From an uncultured Chloroflexia bacterium (GTDB lineage Bacteria; Chloroflexota; Limnocylindria; Limnocylindrales; CSP1-4): a DNA stretch of 64,000 bases. Below the pieces are notes generated by a model. That model saw only the letters and a list, made by a program, of their open reading frames with translations. It had not been told where the DNA came from and made no database searches. This document shows positions 1 to 10,031 of this stretch, one piece after another; the first letter of the stretch is position 1; every line of letters begins with the position of its first letter. Made by a program: the position numbers and the translations under genes. The stretch spans positions 1,472,001 to 1,536,000 of the forward strand of contig CAVPPB010000003.1 of NCBI GenBank assembly GCA_963707215.1, in the 5' to 3' direction.

Positions 1-1564
1 AGCGGGCGATCGTCGCCAGCTCGTCGGCACCCTCGATGTCGATGTAGTCGACGCCCTCCATGTCGAGGACCAGTCCCTTCATCGACGGTCCCATCCTCAC
101 CCCGACGTCGCGGACCAGGTCCCCGAGCCCGTCGGCGTTCACGTAGAAGACCCCGCCGTCGATGCGGAGGATCGCCAGGCCCGGGAAGGTCTCGGCATCC
201 GGATGGTGCCGCAGCTCGTGGAACGTCGGGGTTCCCGGCTTGCGGCCGAGCTCGGGAACGTGCGGCCGCGAGGCGACCAGGACGAGGCCGACCAGCGACA
301 GCACGACGCCGATGATGACGCCCTGGAGGATGCCGAAGGTCATGACCCCCAGGAGGGCCGCCATGGCCGCCAGGAAGTCGAAGCGGCTGACCCTTGCCAG
401 CCGCCGCATCTCGCCGACGTCCATCATGCCCATCACGACGGCCTCGATGATGATCGCGCCGAGGACCGCCTCCGGGAGGTCCGAGAAGAAGGGGGCCAGG
501 GCGATGAGCGTCAGGATGATGAGGCCGGCCTGGATCAGGTTCGAGAGCTGCGACTTGGCCCCGGCCGCGTCGTTGACCGGGCTCTTCGAGAGGCTGCCGT
601 TGACGAAGATGCCCTGGAAGATGCCCGCCGAGATGTTGGAGGCGCCCTGGGCGAGCAGCTCCTGGTTGATCTCGACCCGGTAGCGGTGCTTGCTGGCGTA
701 CTCGCGGACGGCGGCCGTGGTGACCGAGAAGCCGATCAGCAGCAGCCCGAGGGACGTGCCCAGGATGGTCGGCAGGTTCGTGACGTAGAAGTCCGGGTCC
801 GGGAGGCCCGGGGGAGCGAACCCGCGGGGCACGTCGCCGATCAAGGTGACGCCCTGGTCGGCGAGCCCGAGAAGCAAGGTCGCCCCGACGCCGAGGACGA
901 CCGCGACGAGCGCGCCCGGCAGCCGCGGCGAGATCAGCTTCATCCCGAAGGTCAGGATCAGCGCGGCCGCGCCCACGACGACGGTCGCCCCGCTGGCCTC
1001 CGGCAGGCTCGTCAGCCAGGCCCAGAGCTTCTCCCAGGCGTTGGCCCCGGATGACTCGGTGCCGGTGATCTTGAACAACTCCCCCGACGCGACGTTGATG
1101 GCGACCCCGAAGGTGAAGCCCGTCAGCACGCTGGCCGACAGGAAGTCGGAGATCCAGCCCATCCTCAGGAGGTACATGCCGACGAAGAGGACGCCGGTCG
1201 TCAGGACGGTGGCCGCCGCCATCGCGACCGCGTCATCCGAGCCCTGGGTGGCGACCGCCAGGACGCCCGCGCCGAGGACCGCGGCTGTCGAGGAGCTCGG
1301 TCCCTGGGTCACCTGCCGGGACGTGGTGAAGATCGCGAAGGCGATGAGCCCGAAGGCCGCGGCGTAAAGGCCGAACTGGACCGGGACGCCGCTGATCGTC
1401 GCGTAGCCGAGGGACGTGGGCACCATGAGGGCCCAGACCGACAGTCCGGCGATCAGATCACTCCGCAGCCAGGACCGATCGTACTTCGGCAGCCAGTCGA
1501 GGATGGGCAGATAGCGGGCCGGGCCTGACGGGCCCTCGTGCTTGGCCGGGGTCGGCGCGGTCAC
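1..1564 (-). CDS. sulP: SulP/SLC26 family anion transporter with C-terminal STAS domain (3' end runs off window)
   Basis: Manual minus-strand translation: GGAGG RBS then GTG at 1564; LPILDWLPKYDRSWLRSDLIAGLSVWALMVPTSLGYATISGVPVQFGLYA, later NGSLSKSPVNDAAGAKSQ and STAS-like LRIDGGVFYVNA...LVLDMEGVDYID. Not in the ORF track because it has no stop in the window. Confidence 0.92.
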   Translation of the reverse strand, partial: MTAPTPAKHEGPSGPARYLPILDWLPKYDRSWLRSDLIAGLSVWALMVPTSLGYATISGVPVQFGLYAAAFGLIAFAIFTTSRQVTQGPSSSTAAVLGAGVLAVATQGSDDAVAMAAATVLTTGVLFVGMYLLRMGWISDFLSASVLTGFTFGVAINVASGELFKITGTESSGANAWEKLWAWLTSLPEASGATVVVGAAALILTFGMKLISPRLPGALVAVVLGVGATLLLGLADQGVTLIGDVPRGFAPPGLPDPDFYVTNLPTILGTSLGLLLIGFSVTTAAVREYASKHRYRVEINQELLAQGASNISAGIFQGIFVNGSLSKSPVNDAAGAKSQLSNLIQAGLIILTLIALAPFFSDLPEAVLGAIIIEAVVMGMMDVGEMRRLARVSRFDFLAAMAALLGVMTFGILQGVIIGVVLSLVGLVLVASRPHVPELGRKPGTPTFHELRHHPDAETFPGLAILRIDGGVFYVNADGLGDLVRDVGVRMGPSMKGLVLDMEGVDYIDIEGADELATIAR

Positions 1565-1809
1565 GGTCGCTTCCTCCAGACGCCGGCAAGCGGGCGGTCG
1601 CCGATGCGCTGCCCGCCACCATACCCATCCCGGCGGCCCCGGACAGCGGGGCTCTCGCAGGTCGGGCCGGGCGGGAGGTCCCTCGTTCCGAGCGCGACGC
1701 TCGGTCCGCTACGCGAAGAAGCCGGCCTCACGGCCGGCTTCTGGTGTCTGCGATGCAGGCTGATCGGGCCCGCGGGTGGGTCGGCGCGGTCGGTCGCCCG
1801 GCCGAGAGG

Positions 1810-2115
1810 TCAGCCGCCCAGGAGCTTGGCCTTGGCAGCCGCGAACTCCTCGTCGGTGAGGACGCCGGCGGTGTGCAGGTCGCCGAGCTGCTTGAGCTGC
1901 TCCATGTCGATCCCGGCTGCCGGCGCGGCCGGGGCAGGAGCGGGCGCCGCGGCGGCGGCCTGCTGCTCGTAGGCGGCCTGCTGCTGGGCCTGCTGCTCGG
2001 CCGCCTGGTTGGCGTACTTCTGCTGCTGGTGGTGGCTGACGGCCCCGGCGGTGCCGGCGACCACCGCCGTCGTCGCTGCCGCCCGGACGAGAGGTCGTCC
2101 GCGTCGTCGCATCAT
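1810..2115 (-). CDS. SHOCT domain-containing protein
   Basis: C-terminal EQLKQLGDLHTAGVLTDEEFAAAKAKLL; N-terminal RAAATTAVVAGTA; AAGGAG RBS. Confidence 0.9.
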   Translation of the reverse strand: MMRRRGRPLVRAAATTAVVAGTAGAVSHHQQQKYANQAAEQQAQQQAAYEQQAAAAAPAPAPAAPAAGIDMEQLKQLGDLHTAGVLTDEEFAAAKAKLLGG

Positions 2116-2172
2116 GATGGTCTGGTCTCCTTGGCTTGCTCTGGGGGGTCTGGACGATCCGGTCCGGTCGGG

Positions 2173-2601
2173 TCAGCCGGCGGCCTCGAGCTCGGCGCTG
2201 ACCTCCTCGAGGACCTCGGGCGGGATGACGACCCGGTCGACGAGGAAGCCGCCCTTGGCCGCGATCGCCTCCTTGAGGTCGACGGCCCAGCGATGCTCGA
2301 AGAGCATGGCCAGCCCCGCGGTGTCCGGCGGCAGCGAGAGGGCGATCGCCTCGAGGTCCTCCGGCGTGAAGAGGCCCATCCGGCCGTCGAGGAGCGGGGC
2401 GAACGAGGCGAAGCGCGGGTCGTCCTTGGCGTCGAGCTCGAGGATGACCGCGCCGCCGTCGGCCGCTCGCCCGACGAAGACGACGTCGACGAGCCGGATG
2501 ATGCCCTGGTCGACGACCTCACCGAGCTCCCGGGCGATGCTCCCGTCGAACTGGGTGCCCTCGAAGCCGATGACGATGTATTCCAGCGGGCCGAGTGTCA
2601 T
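2173..2601 (-). CDS. DUF6325-like protein, typical partner of SHOCT proteins
   Basis: LGPLEYIVIGFEG...IIRLVDVVFV...LFEHRWA...GGFLV; GGAGG RBS. Confidence 0.85.
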   Translation of the reverse strand: MTLGPLEYIVIGFEGTQFDGSIARELGEVVDQGIIRLVDVVFVGRAADGGAVILELDAKDDPRFASFAPLLDGRMGLFTPEDLEAIALSLPPDTAGLAMLFEHRWAVDLKEAIAAKGGFLVDRVVIPPEVLEEVSAELEAAG

Positions 2602-2791
2602 GGATGGCCTCCTGCCTGTGCAGCCCGTCCCTCGACCAGGGCCCTGCGGCTGCGAGCGTTCATGGTAGCGCCAATCCGGCGCGAATCGATCCGGTGGAGA
2701 TCGGATCCTGCGGCAGACCGGCCCTGGTCAGTACACCCTCCGGGAGCGCGGACGGCATCCCCCGAACTGGATGAGACGGACGGGCGGCGCG

Positions 2792-3457
2792 CTAGGCGTT
2801 CGAGTCGAGGTAGGCCAGCACCGCGAGGACCCGGCGGTGGTCGTTCTCCGAGTCGGGCAGGTCGAGCTTGCCGAAGATGTTGCCGATGTGCTTCTCGGTC
2901 GCACCCTCGGTGATCCCCAGCTTCTCGGCGATGCCGATGTTGGTCCGCCCCTCGGCCATCGCCCCCAGGACCTCGCGCTCCCTCGGCGTCAGCCCGTGGA
3001 GCGGGTCGTCGGACCGGCGCGACACCATGAGCTGGGCCACGACCTCCGGATCGAGCGCAGTCCCTCCGGCGGCGACCCGTCGGAGCGCGTCCATGAAGTC
3101 CCGGATGTCGGCGACCCGGTCCTTGAGCAGGTAGCCCACGCCACCGGCGCCGTCGGCCAGGAGCTCGCTGGCGTACTGCCGCTCGACGTACTGGCTCAGG
3201 ACGAGGACAGGCGTCCCGGCGACCCGGCGGCGCGCCTCGATGGCCGCCCGGAGTCCCTCGTCCCGCTGGGTCGGCGGCATCCGGACGTCGACGACCGAGA
3301 CGTCGGGCTGGTGCTGTTCCACGGCCGCGACCAGGGCCGGCCCATCGCCCACGGCGGCCACGACGGTCGAGCCCGAGTCCTCGACGAGCCGGACGAGACC
3401 CTCGCGCAGGAGCACGGAGTCCTCGGCGATGACCACCCGGAGCTGCTGCCCGTCCAC
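2792..3457 (-). CDS. NarL/LuxR family response regulator
   Basis: Receiver (VIAEDSVLLREG, DVRMPP, GYLLKD) plus LuxR HTH (LTPREREVL..MAEGRTN); probable GTG start at 3457. Confidence 0.95.
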   Translation of the reverse strand: MDGQQLRVVIAEDSVLLREGLVRLVEDSGSTVVAAVGDGPALVAAVEQHQPDVSVVDVRMPPTQRDEGLRAAIEARRRVAGTPVLVLSQYVERQYASELLADGAGGVGYLLKDRVADIRDFMDALRRVAAGGTALDPEVVAQLMVSRRSDDPLHGLTPREREVLGAMAEGRTNIGIAEKLGITEGATEKHIGNIFGKLDLPDSENDHRRVLAVLAYLDSNA

Positions 3458-3498
3458 GCACCGATGATGCACCGCCCGGGCCGGCTCGGGTAGCCCGG

Positions 3499-3538
3499 GG
3501 TGGGGATAGCCCTACCCGCCGCTGGTGGTGGCCCCACC
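3499..3538. promoter_or_regulatory. Tandem imperfect palindromes, putative NarL-type regulator operator
   Basis: GGTGGGG-ATAG-CCCTACC (3499-3516) and GCTGGTG-GTGG-CCCCACC (3521-3538), 22 bp apart, between the divergent regulator and membrane-protein genes. Confidence 0.5.
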
Positions 3539-3688
3539 CGAAAGACGCCCGCTGGCCGGCTGGGATGGGAGCCCTCTCGGCGATAGCGTCGAGGTCGACA
3601 ACGAAACCCGTCCATGGATCGAGCCCAGGCGGCCCAGACCGGCCGCGACCGATCCGGCCGACGGAAGCCAGTCCGAAAGGGGACATCG

Positions 3689-4621
3689 ATGAAGCGCCTC
3701 TCGATCGCCTTGTCCGCGGTCGTCCTCCTCCTCCTGATGTTCGCGCCGGCCGCCCTCGCGGCCGACCGCTTCGAGTTCCGCGACGAGGTCCTCGTGGCCG
3801 TCGACGGGGACGTCGAGATCGCCTCGGGCGACCGCGTCGAAACGCTGGTCGTCGTCTCGGGTGACGCTACGGTCAGCGGCGAGGTCGAGACGATCGTCGT
3901 GGCCGGAGGCAGCGCCACGCTCGTCGGCGCCACCGCCCGGACCCTGGTCGTCTGGGACGGCGCCGCCGACCTGGGCGCCGGGACGACAATCCTCGGCGAC
4001 GTCCACACCTTCGATGGGACGGTGACCCAGCAGGAGGGAGCCGTCATCCAGGGATCGGTCAGCGGGTTCGAGGACGAGCTCGCGGCCTTCGCGATCCTCA
4101 TGATCCCGGCCTTCATCCTGCTCTTCTTCGGCATCGGGCTCGTGGCGATCGTCGCGGCGCTCGCCGTGGCCGCCTTCGCCGCCCGGCAGATCCGCGAGGT
4201 CGAGGAGCTCATCTCCCGGCAGCCCGGCCAGACGCTGGTGGCGGGCATCGCCGGCACCATCCTCCTGCCGCTCGCCGCGGTCCTCCTGATGGTGACGATC
4301 GTCGGCCTGCCCGTCGGCCTGATGCTCCTCCTGATCGTCCTTCCGACGGCGGCGTTCCTCGGCTGGCTGGTGGCCGCCATCTGGATCGGCGACTGGCTGG
4401 TCGCCCGGATGCGGGGCAGCCGCGAGCCGGAGCGACCGTACCTGGCCGCGGTCCTTGGCGTCCTCGTCCTGGCCGTCGCGGGCCTGCTCCCGTTCGTCAG
4501 CGCCATCGCGACCCTGTTCGGCTTCGGCGGGCTCCTGCTGGCGGCCTGGCGGACCCTCCGCCGTGACCGCTCCCCGGTCGGTGGGATCGACGCCGCCCAG
4601 CCCGTCCCCAGCGCGAGCTAG
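3689..4621 (+). CDS. Secreted/membrane protein with bactofilin-like (polymer-forming) beta-repeat domain and multi-TM C-terminus
   Basis: Signal peptide MKRLSIALSAVVLLLLMFAPAALA; repeats VVVSGDATVSG/IVVAGGSATLVG/LVVWDGAADLG; about 5 TM helices; AAAGGGG RBS. Confidence 0.75.
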   Translation: MKRLSIALSAVVLLLLMFAPAALAADRFEFRDEVLVAVDGDVEIASGDRVETLVVVSGDATVSGEVETIVVAGGSATLVGATARTLVVWDGAADLGAGTTILGDVHTFDGTVTQQEGAVIQGSVSGFEDELAAFAILMIPAFILLFFGIGLVAIVAALAVAAFAARQIREVEELISRQPGQTLVAGIAGTILLPLAAVLLMVTIVGLPVGLMLLLIVLPTAAFLGWLVAAIWIGDWLVARMRGSREPERPYLAAVLGVLVLAVAGLLPFVSAIATLFGFGGLLLAAWRTLRRDRSPVGGIDAAQPVPSAS

Positions 4622-4774
4622 GGACGTCGGACCGATGCCGAAGCGCATCGACCTCGAGCCCCGCCGCCCCGGCCGTGGCCGGTCCGGGACGATCCAGCTG
4701 CCGAAGACGGACCCTCGCGGGTCCGTCTTCCGGCCGTCCCCGCCTCGCCCGGCCGGGATGGTACGGTCGACGCG

Positions 4775-6136
4775 ATGAGCGGCAACGCGACCGATCCCGG
4801 CACCGCCGTGCCGGCCGAGGGTCGGCCGAACCTCGTCCGGGCGTTCCTGATGTCGCCGCTCGACCCGCGGAGCTGGCGGGCGACGCTGGCGATCGGCCTC
4901 GGCCTGTTCGTCGCCATCCTGGCCATCAGCGTCGTCGGGATGCTCTTCTCGGCGGGCGGCTCGCTGCTGGTCTGGCTCATCGGCGTCCCGATCCTCGGTC
5001 TCGGCATCGAGGCGAGCCGCGTCTTCGCCCGGGTCGAGCGACGTCGGATGCGGCTCGTCGACCCTCGCCCGCTGGTCCCCCACCCGTACCGCCCGCTCGA
5101 CTGGAGCCCCAGCCGCCCGTACGGCCCCTGGTTGCGCGCCTGGGTCGAGGCCCAGTTCCTGGACCCGAGTCGCTGGCTCGACGTCGTCTACGTCCTGGTC
5201 CTCCTCCCGCTGGCGGTCCTGGAGTTCCTCGTCTCGTTCGGCCTCTGGGTCGTGGCGATCACGCTCGTCGCATCGCCGCTCATCGTGGCCAGCCTGGAGC
5301 CGGCGGTGGGCGACGAGGTCGCCGCCTGGATCCCGGGACCGGCCGATCCCGGCGTGGCCGTGGCGGTGGTCGTCGGGCTGCTCCTCGTCCCGGTGGCCGC
5401 CTGGACCTCGCGGGGCCTGATGGTCCTCCACCGAGCGGTGGCGGAAGGGTTGCTGTGCACGAGCCCGACCGAGGCCCTCCGCCGGGACGTGGCCCGCCTC
5501 CGGGGCAGCCGCTCGGCGGCCCTGGAGCTCGAGGCGAGCGAGCTCCGGCGCATCGAGCGCGACCTGCACGACGGCGCCCAGCAGCGCCTGGTGGCCCTGG
5601 CGATCGACCTGGGCCTGGCCGAGGAGCGGGTCGAGTCCGATCCGGCATCGGCCCGGCAGCTCATCGCCAGCGCCCGGGAGCAGGCCCGCCAGGCCCTGTC
5701 CGAGCTGCGCGACATCGTCCGCGGGACGGCACCGACGATCCTCCTGGACCGCGGGCTGGAAGCGGCCGTGGCCGCGGTGGCAGCCGGCTGCCCGGTCCCG
5801 ACGACCCTCGACAGCACGCTGCCGCCGGGCGAGCGCCTGCCCGCGGCCGTCGAGCGGGCGGCCTACTTCGTGGTGGCGGAGGCGCTGACCAACGTGGCCA
5901 AGCACAGCTCGGCCACCCGCTGCGTCGTCCGGCTATCCCGCGGATCCGATCGACTCATCGTGGCCATCGAGGACGACGGGAAGGGCGGCGCGACGGCCGC
6001 GCCGGGGGGCGGACTGGCCGGCCTGCGCGACCGAGCCGAGGCGCTCGACGGCTCGCTCTCGCTCAGCAGCCCGGCAGGCGGCCCGACCGTCGTCCGGGTC
6101 GAGCTCCCGCTCGGCGGCGGCCAGGGTCTCGCCTAG
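4775..6136 (+). CDS. Sensor histidine kinase (HisKA_3) with membrane sensor domain
   Basis: ELRRIERDLHDGAQQRL, AYFVVAEALTNVAKHS, EDDGKGG, GGGLAGLRDR. Confidence 0.95.
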   Translation: MSGNATDPGTAVPAEGRPNLVRAFLMSPLDPRSWRATLAIGLGLFVAILAISVVGMLFSAGGSLLVWLIGVPILGLGIEASRVFARVERRRMRLVDPRPLVPHPYRPLDWSPSRPYGPWLRAWVEAQFLDPSRWLDVVYVLVLLPLAVLEFLVSFGLWVVAITLVASPLIVASLEPAVGDEVAAWIPGPADPGVAVAVVVGLLLVPVAAWTSRGLMVLHRAVAEGLLCTSPTEALRRDVARLRGSRSAALELEASELRRIERDLHDGAQQRLVALAIDLGLAEERVESDPASARQLIASAREQARQALSELRDIVRGTAPTILLDRGLEAAVAAVAAGCPVPTTLDSTLPPGERLPAAVERAAYFVVAEALTNVAKHSSATRCVVRLSRGSDRLIVAIEDDGKGGATAAPGGGLAGLRDRAEALDGSLSLSSPAGGPTVVRVELPLGGGQGLA

Positions 6137-6492
6137 CCGGCAGCCTCGGCGACCACGCCCCCTGGGCCCTCGACCAGGAGCGGTGCACCGCGCTCGGCCC
6201 GGAGGCGATTCGCGTACTCCAGGCTGCCCTTCTCCCCGGGGGCCACGTCGCCGCGGGCCGGGACGACCCGACCGTAGTAGTCGCGGTGGGCGGCCGGCCC
6301 CAGGACGCAGGTGCCGTCCTCCAGGGCGGCCACGATGGCCTGCCCCAGGGCGCCTTCCCAGCGCCATCCCTCGCCCGTGTCGATCAGGTTCTGGAGGAAC
6401 GCCACCGGGTACTCGTTGAGGCCGTCGCGCTCGGCCTGCCGCTCCAGCTCGGCCTCGATCGCGCGGTCCGCCTGGGTCTCCGGTTCGGTCAT
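6133..6492 (-). CDS. Hypothetical protein
   Basis: GAAAGG RBS before ATG 6492; coding-like GC3; LQNLIDTGEGWRWEGALG...HRDYYGRVVP. Confidence 0.7.
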   Translation of the reverse strand: MTEPETQADRAIEAELERQAERDGLNEYPVAFLQNLIDTGEGWRWEGALGQAIVAALEDGTCVLGPAAHRDYYGRVVPARGDVAPGEKGSLEYANRLRAERGAPLLVEGPGGVVAEAAG

Positions 6493-7026
6493 CGTGGTCG
6501 TCCTTTCGTCGCGGTTCATCGCGATCCATGCGCGGCGCATGGTCGCGGGCGGCGACCGTCGGTGGATCGCGGGACGCTCGCCATCGATTGTAGGGCGGCC
6601 GCAGACATCGCTGGAACCGCGCCGGCGCCGGGCCGCTGGATGAAACCTTCCTCGGCGTCCGCGCCTCAGAGATGGTGAGGTCGGCGCAACACGCGAGCCC
6701 GCAGGGGCGATCCGACCGACATGGCGGGCTGACCCCCCAGCCCGCCGGGCACCCGGCCGCCGGGGGTGGTGTCGTGCGCGCGCATCGCCCCCGGCCGAGC
6801 CGGCCGAGCCGGCGAGCGACGATCCACCTGACGGCGTGGATCACCCCGTCTGGCCGGGCCACGCGTGACCCCCGGCCCTAGGACGTGACCGACCGATGCG
6901 GACGATGGGTACACGTGCGTCCCAGACGACCTGACACCGGGGCCGGGACGCGAGCCGGCAGTCCGTCCGGGGGCCGGCGCGGCTGCAGCAGGCGTGATCG
7001 AGCCTCGATCGACCGGAGGGATCGAG

Positions 7027-8294
7027 ATGGTCAGACCACGCATCGTGCTCGGCTTGGTCGGCGCGACCGGCCTGCTGCTGTTGATCGTCGGGGTGGCGGC
7101 AGCGAACGGCCCGACGCTCACCCCGAGCGAGCAACTCGGGAAGAGCATCTTCTTCGACGAGGACCTGTCGATCAACCAGAACCAGTCCTGCGCGACCTGC
7201 CACGACCCCGAGTGGGGCTGGACCGGCCCGGACTCGGCCATCAACGCCCACGGCTCCGTCTACGAGGGCTCGATCCCCGGCCGGTTCGGGGACCGCAAGC
7301 CGCCCAGCAGCGGCTACGCCACCGTCAGCCCGATCCTCCACCTGGACAAGGGCACCTGGACCGGCGGCAACTTCTGGGACGGCCGGGCCACCGGCGAGAA
7401 GCTCGGCAACCCGGCCGCCGACCAGGCCCAGGGACCGTTCCTCAACCCGATGGAGCAGGCGCTGCCCGACTCCGCCTGCGTGGTCTACCGCGTCTGCACC
7501 GCGACCTACCCGGTCGTCCTTCGAGGACGTCTGGGGGGCGGGGTCGTGCGACGATCGCCTGGCCGGCCGACGTCGAGACGACCTGCGCGACCGAGGGGAC
7601 GACGGTCGCCCTGTCGATCGCCGACCGGGCCAAGTCCGACATGGCGTACGACAGCATCGCCCTGTCGATCGCGGCCTTCGAGGGCTCGGTCGAGAGCAAC
7701 GCCTACTCCTCGAAGTACGACCTCACCTTCGCCGGGGGCGCCCAGCTCAGCAAGCAAGAGCGAACCGGGTTCGCCCTCTTCCAGGGCAAGGGCGGCTGCC
7801 GAGCCTGCCATCCGGCGACCGGCCCGGGAGCCCTGTTCACCGACTTCACCTTCGACAACCTCGGCATCCCCCAGAACCCGGAGAACCCGGCCGGGGTCGG
7901 CTCCCGGACCTTCGTCGACCCGGGCCTCGGCGGGTTCCTGATGAACGCCGGCTACGGCGAGGAGGTCTACGAGGCCGAGTGGGGCAAGCACAAGGTGCCG
8001 ACGCTCCGCAACGTCGACCTGCGCCCGAACGCGGCCGACGTGAAGGCCTACGGCCACAACGGCTACTTCAAGAGCCTCGAGGGGATCGTCCACTTCTACA
8101 ACACCCGCGACGTCAAGGACGCCTGCCCCGGCGCCTACACCGAGGCCGAGGCGCTCGCGGCGGACTGCTGGCCGGCGCCCGAGGTGGCCGAGAACGTCAA
8201 CACCGACGAGCTCGGCGATCTGGGCCTGAGCCCGGACGAGGAGGCGGCGATCGTCGCGTTCCTGCGGGCGCTGTCGGACGGCTGGATGCCGTAG
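7027..8294 (+). pseudogene. Di-haem cytochrome c peroxidase/MauG family, broken by two +1 insertions (possibly sequencing error)
   Basis: LGKSIFFDEDLS, CATCH, FWDGRA, QAQGPFLNPMEQ in one frame; CRACH, KVPTLRNV, YGHNGYF in another; removing bases at about 7516 and 7550 restores YPVSFEDVWGAGSC.IAWP. Confidence 0.85.
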
Positions 8295-8322
8295 CAGGCG
8301 TCGACGCCGATCCTTCGGCGAG

Positions 8323-8340
8323 GCCCGGCGTGAGCCGGGC
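8323..8340 (+). terminator. Possible hairpin terminator
   Basis: GCCCGGC-GTGA-GCCGGGC just after the peroxidase stop; no U-tract. Confidence 0.35.
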
Positions 8341-8447
8341 CCCGCCGTGCCCGGGATCGTTCTGCTCATGAGCGTGGCGGCCTGACTGGACGGGCCGGAT
8401 AGGCTGTGCTCCTGCGCGGCCGAGGGCCGCCCGACGCTGGAGGGATC

Positions 8448-8840
8448 ATGTCCGCCGCTGCGAACCTGCGAGCCCTGGACGGCTACCTCGTCAGGCACGA
8501 CGAGAGCTTCCTCGCCGAGGACGCTGTGTTCACGGATATGTCGACCGGCCAGGCGTCCACCGGCCGGGCCGAGATCGCCGGGATGATCGACTGGTTCTAC
8601 CACGTCGCCTTCGACGCCCACGCCGAGTCGACCGCCGTCTTCGCCGACGACGACCACGGCACGTTCGAGGGGCTCGTGGTCGGTCGGCACGTCAGCGAGT
8701 TCGCTGGCGTCCCCGGCACCGGCCGCGATATCCGGGTGCCGATCTGCGTGACGTACGACTTCAAGGACGGCCGGATCACAGCCGGGCGGATCTACTTCGC
8801 GGTACCGGCGTTCCTCGCGCAGGTCGGGGCGCTCGGCTAG
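8448..8840 (+). CDS. SnoaL-like ester cyclase / NTF2 family protein
   Basis: GRHVSEFAGVPGTGRDIRVPICVTYDFKDGRITAGRIY; GGAGGG RBS. Confidence 0.85.
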   Translation: MSAAANLRALDGYLVRHDESFLAEDAVFTDMSTGQASTGRAEIAGMIDWFYHVAFDAHAESTAVFADDDHGTFEGLVVGRHVSEFAGVPGTGRDIRVPICVTYDFKDGRITAGRIYFAVPAFLAQVGALG

Positions 8841-8882
8841 ATCGAGGGCGACGAGGCCGCCGAATGGACGGCTGAGCGCGGT

Positions 8883-9194
8883 CTACTCGGCCAGGACGTC
8901 CTCGTCGATGAAGAGGCGGACCCGGCTTCGATTGTGGGCCATGGAATCGGCCGCCACCGCCTTGCCGATCTCGGTCGCGTAGGCGGCCTCGAAATCGGCC
9001 TGCGAGTCGAACCACAGTTCCGAGATCCCGTCGATCCCGGACTCCTCGGCACCGGCCACGACGACGTTGGCGACCATCCGTCGCAGGCCGGGCAGGGTGA
9101 CCGCCAGCGGGGCATGTTCCTCGCGCCACCAGCGGGCGAACTCGGCGCGGCTCATGTCCTCACGGCGGGACAGCAGGATCATCGCTTTGAACAT
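8883..9194 (-). CDS. EthD family protein
   Basis: RREDMSRAEFARWWREEHAPL..LPGLRR; DGISELWFDS. Confidence 0.9.
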   Translation of the reverse strand: MFKAMILLSRREDMSRAEFARWWREEHAPLAVTLPGLRRMVANVVVAGAEESGIDGISELWFDSQADFEAAYATEIGKAVAADSMAHNRSRVRLFIDEDVLAE

Positions 9195-9203
9195 CGGTCC
9201 CTC

Positions 9204-9764
9204 CTAACCGGGCTTGCGGACGCGGGCGTTGGGCCGACCGCCCGCGCTGAGCGCCAGGGCGATGACGAGCTCGTCCGGGCGCGGGGCGTCCGGGATGGCG
9301 ACGTCGATCGCGTCCATGTCGTCGAAGACCCAGCGGTCGTCCTTGTTGCCGATCGGCATCGTGATGGCCGCGCCGGGACCGGCCACCTTCTTGGTCCCCG
9401 GGATGATGTCGGCGCCGCCACCCAGCGCGGCCCGGACCGGCGCCCCGAAGCGGGGATGGAGGACGGCGGCGGTGTGCTCGCGGTCGCCGTCGATCCCGAC
9501 GATGGCCCCTTTCCCATAGCCGCGGACCTCGGCCGGCGTCAGCCCCACCGAGGCCAGCACGGCCAAGGCCCGCTCGACGAGGATCGCCGCAGCCTCGGCG
9601 CCGAGCGCCTCGAGCACCTCGAGGTCGGCCACGTCGCCGCGGCCGGCCAGGGGGTTCCTGACGGCCAGGGCGGCCGTGGCGACGGTGGTCGGCGGGTCGA
9701 CGGCCGCCCCGGCCTCGATCAGCGTCTGCTGGACGCTCGCTACCACGACCCGCACGCTATCCAT
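9204..9764 (-). CDS. Amino acid synthesis family protein (DUF1185)
   Basis: AVRNPLAG, YGKGAIVGIDGDREH, DAPRPDELVIALA..GGRPNARV. Confidence 0.85.
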   Translation of the reverse strand: MDSVRVVVASVQQTLIEAGAAVDPPTTVATAALAVRNPLAGRGDVADLEVLEALGAEAAAILVERALAVLASVGLTPAEVRGYGKGAIVGIDGDREHTAAVLHPRFGAPVRAALGGGADIIPGTKKVAGPGAAITMPIGNKDDRWVFDDMDAIDVAIPDAPRPDELVIALALSAGGRPNARVRKPG

Positions 9765-10031
9765 CGTCTCGGTCCTCCCGTCTCGTCCGGTTCGGACCGA
9801 GTGTGCCCCACCGACCGACCTTCCGCCGGGCGACGGGCGCGCCGAGTCGCGACCGCCCCACGCTACGCTGCGCGCCACCAGGTGATCGACCTGGCCCTGT
9901 CCATCATGGACGACAGTCTGGCGGCGGCCCGGGAGACCGTGGGCTGACGGGCAGACCCCCGGCCTTGGCCCCGCACGGAAGCCTGGTCGCCTTCGTCGGG
10001 CACCAGGCCACCGCGCGTGCCGACCAGCAGG

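Noticed and set aside
7501-7560. Programmed frameshifting or phase variation at the G-run in the peroxidase
   Set aside because: The needed indels fall outside the G6 run and two separate events are required.
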